Numbered from the stretch's first letter, positions 8,919 through 19,509 are shown. The stretch is DNA of 64,000 nt from an uncultured delta proteobacterium (GCA_963812015.1 CAWETI010000003.1:1-64000), one strand, 5' to 3'. The notes: generated by a model from the sequence alone, not told the origin. Numbers and translations: made by a program.

Positions 8919-10190
8919 ATGATAAAAAAATCGATTAAAGAAATTTATCCCTTAGTTCAAGTCCAGGCCACTCTCACCCTGCCCGGCTCCAAGAGCTACA
9001 CCCACCGGGCCCTCATGGCCGCGGCCCTGGCCGCGGGGGAGAGCGTCCTCACCAATGCCCTCACGGCCGAAGACACCGAGCTCACGGCCCAGGCCCTGGC
9101 GCAGTTGGGCGCGGGCCTCGACTGGCAGGGCAGCACTATCCGGGTGACGGGCCGGGCAGGCCGCTGGCTGCCGGTGCCGTTGCCCATTTACCTGGGCAAC
9201 TCCGGCACCTCCATGCGCTTCCTCACGGCCCTGGCGGCCTTGGGAGAGGGCGAGTACCTCCTCACCGGCACCGAGCGCCTCTGCCAGCGGCCCCTGGGGG
9301 AACTGCTCACCGCCCTGGGACAGATCGGGGTCAAAGCTGCCTCCGAGAAAGGCGACGGCTGCCCCCCGGTGCGGGTGGTGGGCGGCCTCACCGGCGGCCG
9401 GGCGCAGCTCTCCGGCTCCATCAGCAGCCAGTACCTCTCGGCCCTACTCTTCATCGGGCCCCTGGCTCCTAAAGGCCTCGAGATCGACATCACCGGCGAC
9501 CTGGTGTCCCGGCCCTATGTGGACCTGACCCTGGAGGTCCTCAGCGACTTCGGCATTACGTATTACCGGGAGGGGTACCGGTTTTTTCAGCTCCCCGGCG
9601 GCCAGGGTTATCTCCCCCAGGACTACGAGATCGAGGCCGACGCCTCCAGCGCCTCGTATTTCTGGGCCGCCGCGGCCTTAACGGGGGGCAGGGTCACCAT
9701 CACTAACCTGAGTCTGGAATCCAGCCAGGGGGACGCGGCCTTCCCGAAGGTGCTGGAGCGCCTGGGCTGCGCCATCGAGTCCACCCCGGCGGGGCTCACC
9801 GTGACAGGCGGGCCCTTAAAGGGGGTGACAGTGGACATGGCGACCATGCCGGATCTCGTCCCCACCCTGGCGGTGCTGGCCGCCTTTGCCCAGGGCGACA
9901 CCGTCATCACCGGGGTGGCTCACCTGCGCCACAAGGAGTCGGACCGTCTGGCCGCGGTGGCGGCGGAACTTGCCAAGCTGGGCATCGAGGCCCGGGAGAC
10001 CGAAGACGGCCTGGTCATCCGGGGCGGGGCGCCCCGGGGCGCGGTCATTCACACCTATAACGACCACCGCCTCGCCATGAGCTTCGCGGTGGCCGGGCTT
10101 AAGGCCGCAGGGATGCGGATCGCCGACCCCGACTGCGTGGCCAAGTCCTTCCCGGACTTCTGGGAGTTTTTCGCCCGGCTATCTAGTTAA
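8919..10190 (+). CDS. aroA: 3-phosphoshikimate 1-carboxyvinyltransferase (EPSP synthase)
   Basis: PGSKSYTHR, GNSGTSMR, SSQYLS, LRHKESDR, DHRLAM and KSFP motifs. Confidence 0.96.
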   Translation: MIKKSIKEIYPLVQVQATLTLPGSKSYTHRALMAAALAAGESVLTNALTAEDTELTAQALAQLGAGLDWQGSTIRVTGRAGRWLPVPLPIYLGNSGTSMRFLTALAALGEGEYLLTGTERLCQRPLGELLTALGQIGVKAASEKGDGCPPVRVVGGLTGGRAQLSGSISSQYLSALLFIGPLAPKGLEIDITGDLVSRPYVDLTLEVLSDFGITYYREGYRFFQLPGGQGYLPQDYEIEADASSASYFWAAAALTGGRVTITNLSLESSQGDAAFPKVLERLGCAIESTPAGLTVTGGPLKGVTVDMATMPDLVPTLAVLAAFAQGDTVITGVAHLRHKESDRLAAVAAELAKLGIEARETEDGLVIRGGAPRGAVIHTYNDHRLAMSFAVAGLKAAGMRIADPDCVAKSFPDFWEFFARLSS

Positions 10191-10232
10191 TTTTGTAAGG
10201 ATAATATAGAATTGCGCTCGGGGTAATGTGAC

Positions 10233-10844
10233 GTGGAATGGCCGGTAATCTTAGATAAGATTATTTATTGGATCAATCAATATGGTTACGTTGCCATTTT
10301 TTGTCTGCTGATGTTCGGTATTGCCGGATTGCCGTTTCCCGACGAGATCATGTTGACCTTTGTCGGCTACCTGATATTTAAAGGGTTGATACGGCCTTTG
10401 CCCGCGCTTATCGTTACCTTTTCGGGAAGCGTCTGCGGCATTAGTTTAAGTTATTTGCTGGGGCGGACCGTCGGGTTAAATATAATCGAAAAATACGGCA
10501 GGGTCATTCGTATTGATATGGATAAAATTCAAAAGGTTCACGACTGGTTTAACCGTATCGGCAAATGGACCCTGCTTATTGGCTATTTTATACCGGGGGT
10601 GAAACATTTCACCGGATTTGTGGCGGGCATGTCTCGACTGGAGCTGCTGATATTTGCCAGGTATGCTTACATCGGGGCCTTTTGTTGGTCCTTCACCTTC
10701 CTCTCCATCGGGTTTATTTTAGGTAAACAGTGGTATAAGATTCATTCCTACCTGCATCTCATTGCCATTTTTAGTATTTTATTGTTGATTATCGTAGTCC
10801 CAACCTATTATTTTCTGTTGCACCGGAAAATAAGGCAAAAATAA
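10233..10844 (+). CDS. DedA family membrane protein
   Basis: GLPFPDE, YLLGR and GYFIPGVKH motifs; hydrophobic; AT-richer than neighbours. Confidence 0.88.
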   Translation: MEWPVILDKIIYWINQYGYVAIFCLLMFGIAGLPFPDEIMLTFVGYLIFKGLIRPLPALIVTFSGSVCGISLSYLLGRTVGLNIIEKYGRVIRIDMDKIQKVHDWFNRIGKWTLLIGYFIPGVKHFTGFVAGMSRLELLIFARYAYIGAFCWSFTFLSIGFILGKQWYKIHSYLHLIAIFSILLLIIVVPTYYFLLHRKIRQK

Positions 10845-10875
10845 TTTTTGAGGTAATCAATTTCTTTCTTCAATC

Positions 10876-12138
10876 ATGTCCCTACCCCTCGCCACCCGGG
10901 CCCTGCTCATCCTGGCCTCCCTCAACCTCTTGGACTACCTGGACCGCTACTTGGTGGCCTCCCTGGGCAGCTTGGTGAAGGCCGATTTGCACTTGAGCGA
11001 CAAGGCCTTCGGATTTTTGGGCACCGCCTTTTTCCTGGTGTATTTCCTGACGTCGCCCCTGTTCGGCTATTTGGGGGACCGCTTCGGCCGCCTCCGCCTC
11101 ATGGCCGGGGGGGCGGCGGTGTGGAGCCTGGCCACCAGCCTCACCTTCTGGGTGCCCTCTTACCCCTTCCTGGTGGCGGCCCGAGGCTTGGTGGGGGTGG
11201 GAGAGGCCTCCTTCGGCACCCTGGCGCCGGCTTACCTGGCGGACCTCCTGCCCTTGAACCGCCGGTCCTGGGTCCTGGGCCTGTTCTACCTGGCTCTGCC
11301 GGTGGGCACCGCCCTGGCTTACCTGGTGGGGGGCCTGGTGGGCAGCCACTGGGGCTGGCGCCCGGCCTTCCTGCTGGCGGGGTTGCCGGGCCTGGCCATG
11401 GCCGGGCTGATTTATCGCCTGAGGGATGTTCGCCCCGAGTCCCCGGCCGCGCCGGCCCCCCCGGCCCTGGGGACCCCCCTGACCGCGTACTGGCGTCTTT
11501 TCCAGGTGCCCACCCTGCGGTGGGTAACTTTGGGCTACGGTATGGTGACTTTTGCTTTGGGGGGCCTGGCGTTCTGGATGCCCCGCTACCTGGAAGTGGC
11601 TAAGGGGCTCAGCCTGTCCCAGGCCAACCTCCTCTTGTTCGGCTCCGTGACCCTGGCCGGGGGCCTGGGGACCTTGACCGGCGGGTTTTTGGGGTCTCGG
11701 CTGCTCACCTATACCCTGGGGGCTCCCCTGTGGGTAAGTGGCCTGGGGATTGTACTGGCTTTGCCCCTGGCGGCCGTCACCATCTTTGCCGCCGCCCCCG
11801 TTCTCTATGTCCCGGCCCTGGCCGGAGCCATATTCCTTCTGTTCCTCAACCCCGGGGTGCTCACTGCGGTGGTGGTGAGCGTGGCCGGCCCCTGGCGCCG
11901 GGCCCAGGCCGTGGCCCTGAACATTGTGGTCATTCACCTGGTGGGGGATGTGCCTTCCCCCTTTCTCATCGGCTGGGTTTCGGACCTGGGCAGCCTCAAA
12001 TGGGGCGTCTCCCTCACCCTGGTGGCGCTGGCCGCCGGGGCGGTGTTGATCTTCGCGGCGCTGCCCCATCTGGCCGGCGACCTGGCTGCGGCCGGGGAAA
12101 TTAGTCTTCCGGATGAGACTCCCGGGCTACGGCCCTAG
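10876..12138 (+). CDS. MFS transporter, spinster-like
   Basis: NLLDYLDR, GYLGDRFGR and RGLVGVGEA motifs; about 12 hydrophobic segments. Confidence 0.88.
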   Translation: MSLPLATRALLILASLNLLDYLDRYLVASLGSLVKADLHLSDKAFGFLGTAFFLVYFLTSPLFGYLGDRFGRLRLMAGGAAVWSLATSLTFWVPSYPFLVAARGLVGVGEASFGTLAPAYLADLLPLNRRSWVLGLFYLALPVGTALAYLVGGLVGSHWGWRPAFLLAGLPGLAMAGLIYRLRDVRPESPAAPAPPALGTPLTAYWRLFQVPTLRWVTLGYGMVTFALGGLAFWMPRYLEVAKGLSLSQANLLLFGSVTLAGGLGTLTGGFLGSRLLTYTLGAPLWVSGLGIVLALPLAAVTIFAAAPVLYVPALAGAIFLLFLNPGVLTAVVVSVAGPWRRAQAVALNIVVIHLVGDVPSPFLIGWVSDLGSLKWGVSLTLVALAAGAVLIFAALPHLAGDLAAAGEISLPDETPGLRP

Positions 12139-12282
12139 AAAGTTTGTAGGAAAATTAATAAAAAAACCAATAGGTTAATCTAGTTATGCTCATGTCCCCC
12201 ATCCGGCCCTCTCCGGTTAAGGGATTTTGCCATTGACTGGCCAAAGTTAAATTGTTATAAATATAAAATCGATCGTCAATGA

Positions 12283-12359
<77 letters not shown>

Positions 12360-12368
12360 AATCAAATC

Positions 12369-12399
12369 AAGGGGTTAGCCGAAAAGCTAACCCCTTTTT
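12369..12399 (+). terminator. Intrinsic terminator after tRNA-fMet
   Basis: AAGGGGTTAGC-CGAAAA-GCTAACCCCTT followed by a T run. Confidence 0.75.
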
Positions 12400-12593
12400 C
12401 TTTGCCTACCGATGTTTTGTTATGCCCAAGATCCGGAGAATATTGATTTTTGAGAAAGATTTGTGTACCGTGGTTGCCGGGATAATGACTGCCTTTGCTA
12501 AAAGAGTCGTTATGCGTCTCGACTCGGGGGCAGGGGGCCCAGGCACCACCTTGAGGCATGCGTAGCTAACTATACCGAATAATTTTATATACT

Positions 12594-14234
12594 ATGATAC
12601 CACATCTGCATCGCATGGTGACCGTACTGGGCTGCATTTTGTGTATGATCAGCCTTACCGCACGCATAACCTCAGCTCAGCAAGAGAAAAAAAGTGAGAT
12701 TCCCGACGGCTGGGAGTTATTTCCCCGGATTGGGATTTCTGTAGAATATGGTGGATATATAGCCCAGCAAGATAATTACACCAGCCTGTTGCGCCGGCAT
12801 TTGGAAATGGACCTTATTCAGTACCGCCGCCATATCTTTTATCTTGACTTTAATGAACAATTTTATCTAGGAATCCCCGGCAATAAGCGGGAATTTAATT
12901 TGATGAAATATGACATTTCCCTGCTGGGGTATCGTTATGATTTTGGAGATTATTACCTTGGCCTTCTCCTTCATCACCAGTGTAACAATCCTATTCGTTC
13001 ACAAACTTACCATAACGTGATCGACCGGGAAAGATCTAATACCTATGATTTGGGGATAGAGTTTTTAACCAAGAATATGCGGACGGGGATGAAAGACCGT
13101 GGCATTAATTTTGACTCCCCCGATAATTTTGAATTCTTAGGGCGCTTAGGCGGGAAATTTTGGGCCAGTAAAATCCTCTCTTCGGAAAGAATTAACCTGG
13201 ATTGGCTCATCGATGGCCAGGTACGCTATGATATATTGCGCTACCGGCGCTTGGTGCCGTACCTAGAGGTGACGGGAGAGGTACTGGCAGGGCCGGTTAC
13301 CAGGCTGGCCCCATCAGTTGAATTGGGCACCCGCTATCATCTCGACAAGATGGATATCACCCCCTTCTTTCAGTGGAGTCGAAGCCAGGAAGCCTTGTTG
13401 GTATCTCTTACTCCCATCCAAACACCCTTCATAGCAAAGAATTATCTCTTAGCGGGAATCAGGCTGGAGACTCTTTTGGATGCGGATAATTTTAAGGGTC
13501 CCGAAGGCGACGGGCTGCAACTTTTTCCAGAAACCCACGGCCAGGCAGGTTACGCCCTTTTCGTAAATAACCCCAATTTTAAAGGCAATGGCTTTTTGGA
13601 GATAGATTTTGAGGCATTGCGTTATAAGCCGTGGACCATCTTCTTTTATACGGGCTTGAATTACAATACTGGCCATCAGGATTTCAGGCCGGAAAAGATC
13701 AATTACTGGGTCCAATACGGACTTACCTACGCCTGGGACAGGTACTTTATCGAGGGCTTCCTGGTCAATAGCTGGCATCTTGATAGCGACGTATACCGGG
13801 GGACCTCTGAGCGAGCCAACCTGGGGGGAGGGCGCGCCGGTACCAAAGGGATGAAGCCTGGGCACTACAATGACGGAATCTCTTTTGAGGGTCCCGAGAC
13901 TTTCCAATGGCTCAATCACTGGAATGCTCAAGGCAGTGCGGGCCATTATTTTCAGAACCGAGACTGGCAGTATCTCTGGGATTTAGCGGCCCAGGCGAGA
14001 TGGGATGTCCTGCGCTGGCACTTTATGGTGCCCTATGTTCAGGCTGAGGTAGACTGGATGACAGGCGGAGGCCAGACCAGGAATGCGGTGGAGTATGCGT
14101 TTGAACCTGGCCTGCGCTTCCACGGGGTTTTGGACCTGGCCATCTATTATCGCTTCCAACATCGAGAGAATATCCTCTTTTTCCGGGGACCTGCCGAAAA
14201 TGAAAATTTAATCGGTTTCAAGACCTTATTTTAA
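12594..14234 (+). CDS. Putative outer-membrane beta-barrel protein with internal tandem duplication
   Basis: Signal peptide, alternating aromatic beta-strands, C-terminal Phe, and two similar ~260-aa halves. Confidence 0.6.
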   Translation: MIPHLHRMVTVLGCILCMISLTARITSAQQEKKSEIPDGWELFPRIGISVEYGGYIAQQDNYTSLLRRHLEMDLIQYRRHIFYLDFNEQFYLGIPGNKREFNLMKYDISLLGYRYDFGDYYLGLLLHHQCNNPIRSQTYHNVIDRERSNTYDLGIEFLTKNMRTGMKDRGINFDSPDNFEFLGRLGGKFWASKILSSERINLDWLIDGQVRYDILRYRRLVPYLEVTGEVLAGPVTRLAPSVELGTRYHLDKMDITPFFQWSRSQEALLVSLTPIQTPFIAKNYLLAGIRLETLLDADNFKGPEGDGLQLFPETHGQAGYALFVNNPNFKGNGFLEIDFEALRYKPWTIFFYTGLNYNTGHQDFRPEKINYWVQYGLTYAWDRYFIEGFLVNSWHLDSDVYRGTSERANLGGGRAGTKGMKPGHYNDGISFEGPETFQWLNHWNAQGSAGHYFQNRDWQYLWDLAAQARWDVLRWHFMVPYVQAEVDWMTGGGQTRNAVEYAFEPGLRFHGVLDLAIYYRFQHRENILFFRGPAENENLIGFKTLF

Positions 14235-14309
14235 AAAATTCGGGCCGAGCCACTTCCCGGACGAGAGCCCGCATTATTGCGCCGAAAATAAGTCTTCTAT
14301 AACCCTACA

Positions 14310-14440
14310 AGACATTTCAAAACCTGGATTGATAGAGAATTGTCATTCTGAGCGTAGCGAAAAATCTCGTAAATTCAATAAGTTGAGATCCTTCGCTCCG
14401 TTCAGGATGACAAAAAAGCAGGTTTTGCAATGGCTTATAG
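14310..14440. repeat. Nested palindromic element (TGTCATTCTGAG...CAGGATGACA family) inside an outer inverted repeat
   Basis: Inner element 14341-14411 has a second copy at ~30508-30585. Outer IR is CATTTCAAAACCTG / CAGGTTTTGCAATG. Confidence 0.65.
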
Positions 14441-14490
14441 CCTACCCCTCAGCAACTCGGCCTGATTTCCCGGTCCAAACCATTCTTGCC

Positions 14491-14613
14491 CCTAATACCA
14501 AGTTGCCGTCAAAAAGGTAATTTTAGCTTTATAATAGCAACCCATGTAGGGGCGTTCGCGAACCGCCCCTACCATTCGAATAGTTACTTGTGTGACGGCA
14601 CCTTGGTATTAGG
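14491..14613. mobile_element. MITE-like element with 21-bp terminal inverted repeats enclosing a GTAG REP
   Basis: CCTAATACCAAGTTGCCGTCA (14491-14511) vs TGACGGCACCTTGGTATTAGG (14593-14613), 20/21 match. Internal GTAGGGGCG...CGCCCCTAC. Confidence 0.6.
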
Positions 14614-14733
14614 TTATGAAGCGGGTAAAAATTGGCTCGCCTCATGTTAAAAATATCCCCGCACTTAAATGGCTAGTAACCACCGGACAACCGAACCTTT
14701 TAATTTTTCACCATTTTTGATAGGCTTGCCGGT

Positions 14734-15612
14734 ATGGTGCCCGCAGTCAGCGTCATCATCCCCACTTACAACCGGGCCGCCCTGGTGGGGCAGGCCCTGG
14801 CGTCGGTCCAGGCCCAAAGCTTCCGGGACTTCGAGGTCCTGGTGGTGGATGACGGCTCCACCGATGCCACCCCTGAGGTCCTGGCCGGCTGGCGGGAAGT
14901 CAGAGTGCTCCGGCACCCCCGGCGCCGGGGGGTGAGCGCCGCCCGGAATACCGGCGTGGCCTGCGCCCGGGGGGAGTGGCTGGCCTTCCTGGATTCCGAC
15001 GACCTGTGGCGGCCCGCTAAGCTGGCCCGGCAAATGGCCTATCTGGCGGACCGGCCGGATCTCCGCCTGTGCCAGACCGACGAGACCTGGGTGCGCCGGG
15101 GGGTCAGGGTGAACCAACCCCTGACTCACCGGAAAGTGGCGGGATGGATCTTTGGGCCCTCCCTGGAGCGCTGTATGGTGAGCCCTTCGGCGGTGGTCCT
15201 GCACCGGCGTGTGTTCGAGGACCACGGCGGGTTCGATACAACGCTGGCCGCCGGGGAAGACTACGATCTCTGGCTGCGTCTCACCTGGCGCTACGAGGTG
15301 GGCTTGGTGGACGAGCCCCTGGTCATCAAGCGGGGCGGCCACCCGGACCAGCTCTCCGGCCAATGGGGCATCGACCGGTTCCGTATCCGGGCCCTGGTCA
15401 AACTGCTGGCCGAGCCGGACCTGCCCGAGCCCTGCGCCGGGGCGGCCCGCCGCACCCTGGCCGCCAAGTGCGCCATTTACGCCCAGGGCTGCGAAAAAAG
15501 GGGCAGGCCGCAAGAAGCCGCCTGGTATCGGAACCTGAACCGGCGAGGGGCCGGATTAAAGCCGGGCCCAGGCGCCGGTCCCGATCCTGCCGCCTTCGGA
15601 ATGACCGGATAA
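14734..15612 (+). CDS. Glycosyltransferase family 2
   Basis: VSVIIPTYNR, VVDDGSTD, AARNTG, FLDSDD and EDYDLWLR motifs. Confidence 0.92.
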   Translation: MVPAVSVIIPTYNRAALVGQALASVQAQSFRDFEVLVVDDGSTDATPEVLAGWREVRVLRHPRRRGVSAARNTGVACARGEWLAFLDSDDLWRPAKLARQMAYLADRPDLRLCQTDETWVRRGVRVNQPLTHRKVAGWIFGPSLERCMVSPSAVVLHRRVFEDHGGFDTTLAAGEDYDLWLRLTWRYEVGLVDEPLVIKRGGHPDQLSGQWGIDRFRIRALVKLLAEPDLPEPCAGAARRTLAAKCAIYAQGCEKRGRPQEAAWYRNLNRRGAGLKPGPGAGPDPAAFGMTG

Positions 15613-15727
15613 TACGGTTTTCCGTGGAATTAATCAGCGTTGTTGATGAGTTACAGATTAAGTCAATGGGATTTATTCGGGTAAATAGGAGAAAAACCCT
15701 GGGCGATCCCAACGGGAGGAACTTGAC

Positions 15728-16111
15728 TTGATAACCTGTTATGGTAAAAAAGCTCAATTTGACACCTGGTTTACCAACGGTAAGCACGAAGGGCATTGCG
15801 ACGCGCCGGTGGAAAAGGGCGGCGGCGATTCCGGCTTCAATCCCCATGAGCTTTTGGAAGCTGCTTTGGCCGGTTGTATCAATATCTGGCTCAGGCTGTA
15901 TGCCACCGGTCATGACATTCCCCTGGCCGGCATTTTAACCGAGGTGACCCTGGACCGGCAGACCCCCGGAGAGGCCGTGTTTCGCTATGCCCTGGACCTG
16001 AAGGGGCCTCTGACTGAGGGCCACCGCCGGGAGTTACTTGAGGCCGTCCACTCATGTCCCCTCCACCAAACCTTAGCCGGGAAACTCTCATTTACCTGCT
16101 TGTCGGCATAA
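15728..16111 (+). CDS. OsmC family protein
   Basis: GFNPHELLEAALAGC ... CPLHQTL; two conserved Cys. Confidence 0.85.
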   Translation: MITCYGKKAQFDTWFTNGKHEGHCDAPVEKGGGDSGFNPHELLEAALAGCINIWLRLYATGHDIPLAGILTEVTLDRQTPGEAVFRYALDLKGPLTEGHRRELLEAVHSCPLHQTLAGKLSFTCLSA

Positions 16112-16145
16112 ACGAACGGTAACCCCAGAGCCTCAGGAGGTAATC

Positions 16146-16718
16146 ATGGACGTTTACGAAGCCATTCACCAACGCCGCAGTCACCGGATGTACAAACCCG
16201 AGATCCCGCCCCAAGAGGTCCTGGAAAGGGTGATCGAAGCCGCCCTCTGGGCCCCTTCCGGGACCAACGCCCAGGCCTGGGAGATCACCGTCATGGCCGG
16301 CAAGGTCCGGGATGAATTCGTGGAGCTGACCAGCCAGGCCATCAAAAACCTGGTGCCCATCATGCAAAAGGCCCAGGTGCCGGAAAAAGGCCAGGAGATG
16401 GTCATGAAGTTCTTTAAAAACCTGGGGGGCGCCCCGGTGGTCATCGCAGTGACCGTGTCCAAGAACCCAGACGACCCCACCAATTTAACCAATATTCAGA
16501 GCGGCGCCGCCCTGTTTGAGAACCTGCTCCTGGCAGCCCAGGCCGAGGGCCTGGGCACCTGCTGGATGACCGGGGCCCACTCTTTGGAAAAAGAGATTTT
16601 GAAGTTTTTGGGGAAAGAGAACCAGCAACTCCTGGCCATCACCCCCATCGGCTACTCCGCCAAGGAACCGCCGGCGCCGCCCCGGAAAGGGCGGGAAGTC
16701 CGCTGGCTGGGGTTTTAG
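16146..16718 (+). CDS. Nitroreductase family protein
   Basis: RRSHR, APSGTNAQAW and LAAQAEGLGTCW motifs. Confidence 0.9.
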   Translation: MDVYEAIHQRRSHRMYKPEIPPQEVLERVIEAALWAPSGTNAQAWEITVMAGKVRDEFVELTSQAIKNLVPIMQKAQVPEKGQEMVMKFFKNLGGAPVVIAVTVSKNPDDPTNLTNIQSGAALFENLLLAAQAEGLGTCWMTGAHSLEKEILKFLGKENQQLLAITPIGYSAKEPPAPPRKGREVRWLGF

Positions 16719-16873
16719 GAGCAGGGGCCAGGGGTTAGGGGTCAGTAGTCAGATAACCGCTGGGTAAAATGGTCGTTTATCAGATGGTGGGGCGGGCCTC
16801 CGGGCCCGCCGCCATCCTGTTAAGACGGAGCGCGGTACGAACCTTTTAATAATATTTTTGGAGAGTCAACTTA

Positions 16874-18091
16874 GTGAAACCAGTAGCTGAACAGATGGCC
16901 ATTATCAGGCAGGGTTGCCATGACATTATTCGGGAAGAAGACCTGAAAGCCCGCCTGGAGAAGGCCCGGGCCACGGGGAAACCCCTCCGGGTCAAGGCCG
17001 GGTTCGACCCCACCGCCCCGGACTTGCACCTGGGCCACACCGTGCTCATCCAAAAGCTCAAGAATTTTCAGGACCTGGGCCACCAGGTGATCTTTCTCAT
17101 CGGCGACTTCACCGGCCTGATCGGCGACCCCTCCGGCAAAAGCGAGACCCGGCCGCCCCTGACGGAAGAACAGGTGAAGGCCAACGCCGCCACCTACGAG
17201 CGCCAGATCTTCAAGGTGTTGGACCCGGCCAAGACCATCGTCGACTTCAACAGCCGCTGGATGAAGGAAATGCACGCCCATGACCTCATCCGCCTGGCGG
17301 CCCGGCACACCGTGGCCCGGATGCTGGAACGGGAGGATTTTCATAAGCGCTATACCAGCCAGACTCCCATCAGTATCCACGAGTTCCTTTACCCCCTGAT
17401 TCAGGGTTATGATTCCGTGGCCCTGGAGGCCGACGTGGAGTTGGGGGGCACCGACCAGACTTTTAACCTGTTGGTGGGGCGCGATTTGCAACGGGAGTAC
17501 GGGCAGCAGCCCCAGGTGGTGATCACCCTGCCCTTACTGGAAGGTCTGGACGGGGTCCGGAAAATGAGCAAGTCCCTGGGCAACTATGTGGGGATCGACG
17601 AGCCGGCCAAAGAGATGTTCGGCAAGCTCATGTCCACTTCGGATGAGCTGATGCTGCGTTATTATGAACTCTTGACTGACATTGCCCCTGATGCGTTGGC
17701 CAGGCTGAAAGAAGACTTGGCCTCGGGAGCCAAACATCCTCGCCAGGTAAAAGAAGATTTGGCCAAGGCCATCGTGGCCCGCTACCACAGCCAGGCGGCG
17801 GCGGAGCATGAAGCCCTCGAGTTTATTCGCGTCCTGCGTGAGCGGGAGGTGCCTGAGGAGATCGAGGCGGTGACCCTGAAGGTGAGCGAGGCGACCCTGT
17901 GGCTGCCGCGCCTCTTGGTGGACTCGGGTCTGGCGGGCAGCACTTCCGAGGCCCGGCGTCTCATCACCCAGGGTGGGGTCCAGGTGGAGGGCGAAAAAGT
18001 CACGGATGCCAGCCTGGCATTGGCCGCGGGAAAAACCTATCTTTTGAAAGTGGGGAAGCGGCGGTTTAAGCGGGTGAAGCTCTCGGATTAA
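16874..18091 (+). CDS. tyrS: Tyrosine--tRNA ligase
   Basis: [18 protein letters not shown] and a C-terminal S4 domain. Confidence 0.97.
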   Translation: MKPVAEQMAIIRQGCHDIIREEDLKARLEKARATGKPLRVKAGFDPTAPDLHLGHTVLIQKLKNFQDLGHQVIFLIGDFTGLIGDPSGKSETRPPLTEEQVKANAATYERQIFKVLDPAKTIVDFNSRWMKEMHAHDLIRLAARHTVARMLEREDFHKRYTSQTPISIHEFLYPLIQGYDSVALEADVELGGTDQTFNLLVGRDLQREYGQQPQVVITLPLLEGLDGVRKMSKSLGNYVGIDEPAKEMFGKLMSTSDELMLRYYELLTDIAPDALARLKEDLASGAKHPRQVKEDLAKAIVARYHSQAAAEHEALEFIRVLREREVPEEIEAVTLKVSEATLWLPRLLVDSGLAGSTSEARRLITQGGVQVEGEKVTDASLALAAGKTYLLKVGKRRFKRVKLSD

Positions 18092-18093
18092 GG

Positions 18094-18265
18094 AGCACAG
18101 GCTGGAAAGCCTGTGCCACCGCGCTTTTCATATCATAGGGGCGGACCTGCATGTCCGCCCGTCTTGTGGGCGCACACATGGGTGCGCCCCTACAATTTCT
18201 TAAGGGATTGGGAGAGGGGGTCTGGGGGAGAGGGTAAGGGCCTCCGCCCTTAGCCCTCTCCCCCA
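18094..18265. repeat. Cluster of REP-like palindromes between convergent tyrS and pcnB
   Basis: GCACAGGCTGGAAAGCCTGTGC (also ~22363), GGGCGGACCTGCATGTCCGCCC, a GTAG REP on the minus strand, and a family A fragment overlapping the pcnB stop. Confidence 0.7.
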
Positions 18266-19509
18266 GCCTTTTTTCCCCGTCCCCGGGGGCGGCGGCGGCG
18301 CACCCGGCGGCGTTTGGCCGGGGGTGGCGGGATGGGGATGGCCTCGGGCCGGCAGCGTTCCAGCAGTTCGGTCTCCGGGGCGGTCTTGATTTCATGGAGT
18401 AGCCAGGTCACCGGATAGAGGGTCAGGCGGGTCAGGCGGGCCGGGATGGGCTGGCGCTTGGCCAACAGGGGCGTCACCCGCTGTTCCAGGGCCAGCATCT
18501 GGGAGACTTCGTCCTGCCGCTGCCGGGGGAATTCGATGCCCCCCAGGGCCTCCTTGATCCTCTCCTGGATGAACTCCCGGAGCTCTTTGAAGTCCCGGGG
18601 CTGGAGTTCCGGCTCCAGGAAGGCGGACAGAAACACGGCCCAGACGAGGCTGTCGGACAGGGGGTAGCCGCTTTGGACCAGGAGGTCCAGACGGTGAATC
18701 AACTCTAACAGGCGGGCTTCCCCCGACTCCCCCAGCCGGCCGACCCAGGCCGGGAAGATGGCATAGAACAGTCCCGAAGCCAGCATCAGCTTAAAGAACG
18801 GCTCGGCGGCGCCGCTCCGGAAATCCTTGAGGATTTCATCCCGCACCCGGGCCGGCGGGCAGACACGGATGAGGTGGCCCTTAACCAGGATTTCCTCCCA
18901 GGCCTGCCGGTCGATGGTGAAGCCGATGCGGGCGGCGTGGCGCAGCACCCGGAGCATGCGCACCGGGTCGCGCACGAAGCGCGCCGCCGGCTCCCCGATA
19001 ACCCGGATCCGCTTGGCTGCCAGGTCTTCCATGCCCCCCACGTAGTCCACCAGGGAAAAGTCGGCGATGTTGTAAAACAGGCCGTTGATGGTCAGATCCC
19101 GGCGCTGGGCATCCTCCGCCGGGGTGCCATAGGTGTTGTCCCGGGAGGGAGAGCCTTCGACCTCAGGCAGTTCGTCGAATTCGGAACGGCTCCGAAAGGT
19201 GGAAACCTCGACGATGTGCCCGCCCTTGAAAAAGACCTGGACCAGCCGGAAGCGCTTGCCGATGATCCGGCTGTTGCGGAAGAGTTTCCGCAGCTCACCG
19301 GGCCGGGCGTCGGTCACCACGTCGAAATCTTTGGGGGTCTTGCCCAGCAGCAGATCCCGGACCCCGCCGCCCACCAGGTAGGCGGTGTAGCCGGCATGGA
19401 GGAGGCGGTAGAGGACCTTGAGGGCCTCCACGTCGATGTCTCTCCGGGAGACGGTATGTTCAGGCCGGGCAATAATCTGGGGCGGCGGCCCTGAGGCTTC
19501 GGACTGCAT
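18250..19509 (-). CDS. pcnB: Poly(A) polymerase I
   Basis: VGGGVRDLL, DFDV, IIGKRFRLVQV (PAP-type signature), RRDLTIN and DPVRMLR motifs; Arg-rich tail. Start set at MQSEAS. Confidence 0.88.
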   Translation of the reverse strand: MQSEASGPPPQIIARPEHTVSRRDIDVEALKVLYRLLHAGYTAYLVGGGVRDLLLGKTPKDFDVVTDARPGELRKLFRNSRIIGKRFRLVQVFFKGGHIVEVSTFRSRSEFDELPEVEGSPSRDNTYGTPAEDAQRRDLTINGLFYNIADFSLVDYVGGMEDLAAKRIRVIGEPAARFVRDPVRMLRVLRHAARIGFTIDRQAWEEILVKGHLIRVCPPARVRDEILKDFRSGAAEPFFKLMLASGLFYAIFPAWVGRLGESGEARLLELIHRLDLLVQSGYPLSDSLVWAVFLSAFLEPELQPRDFKELREFIQERIKEALGGIEFPRQRQDEVSQMLALEQRVTPLLAKRQPIPARLTRLTLYPVTWLLHEIKTAPETELLERCRPEAIPIPPPPAKRRRVRRRRPRGRGKKAGGEG

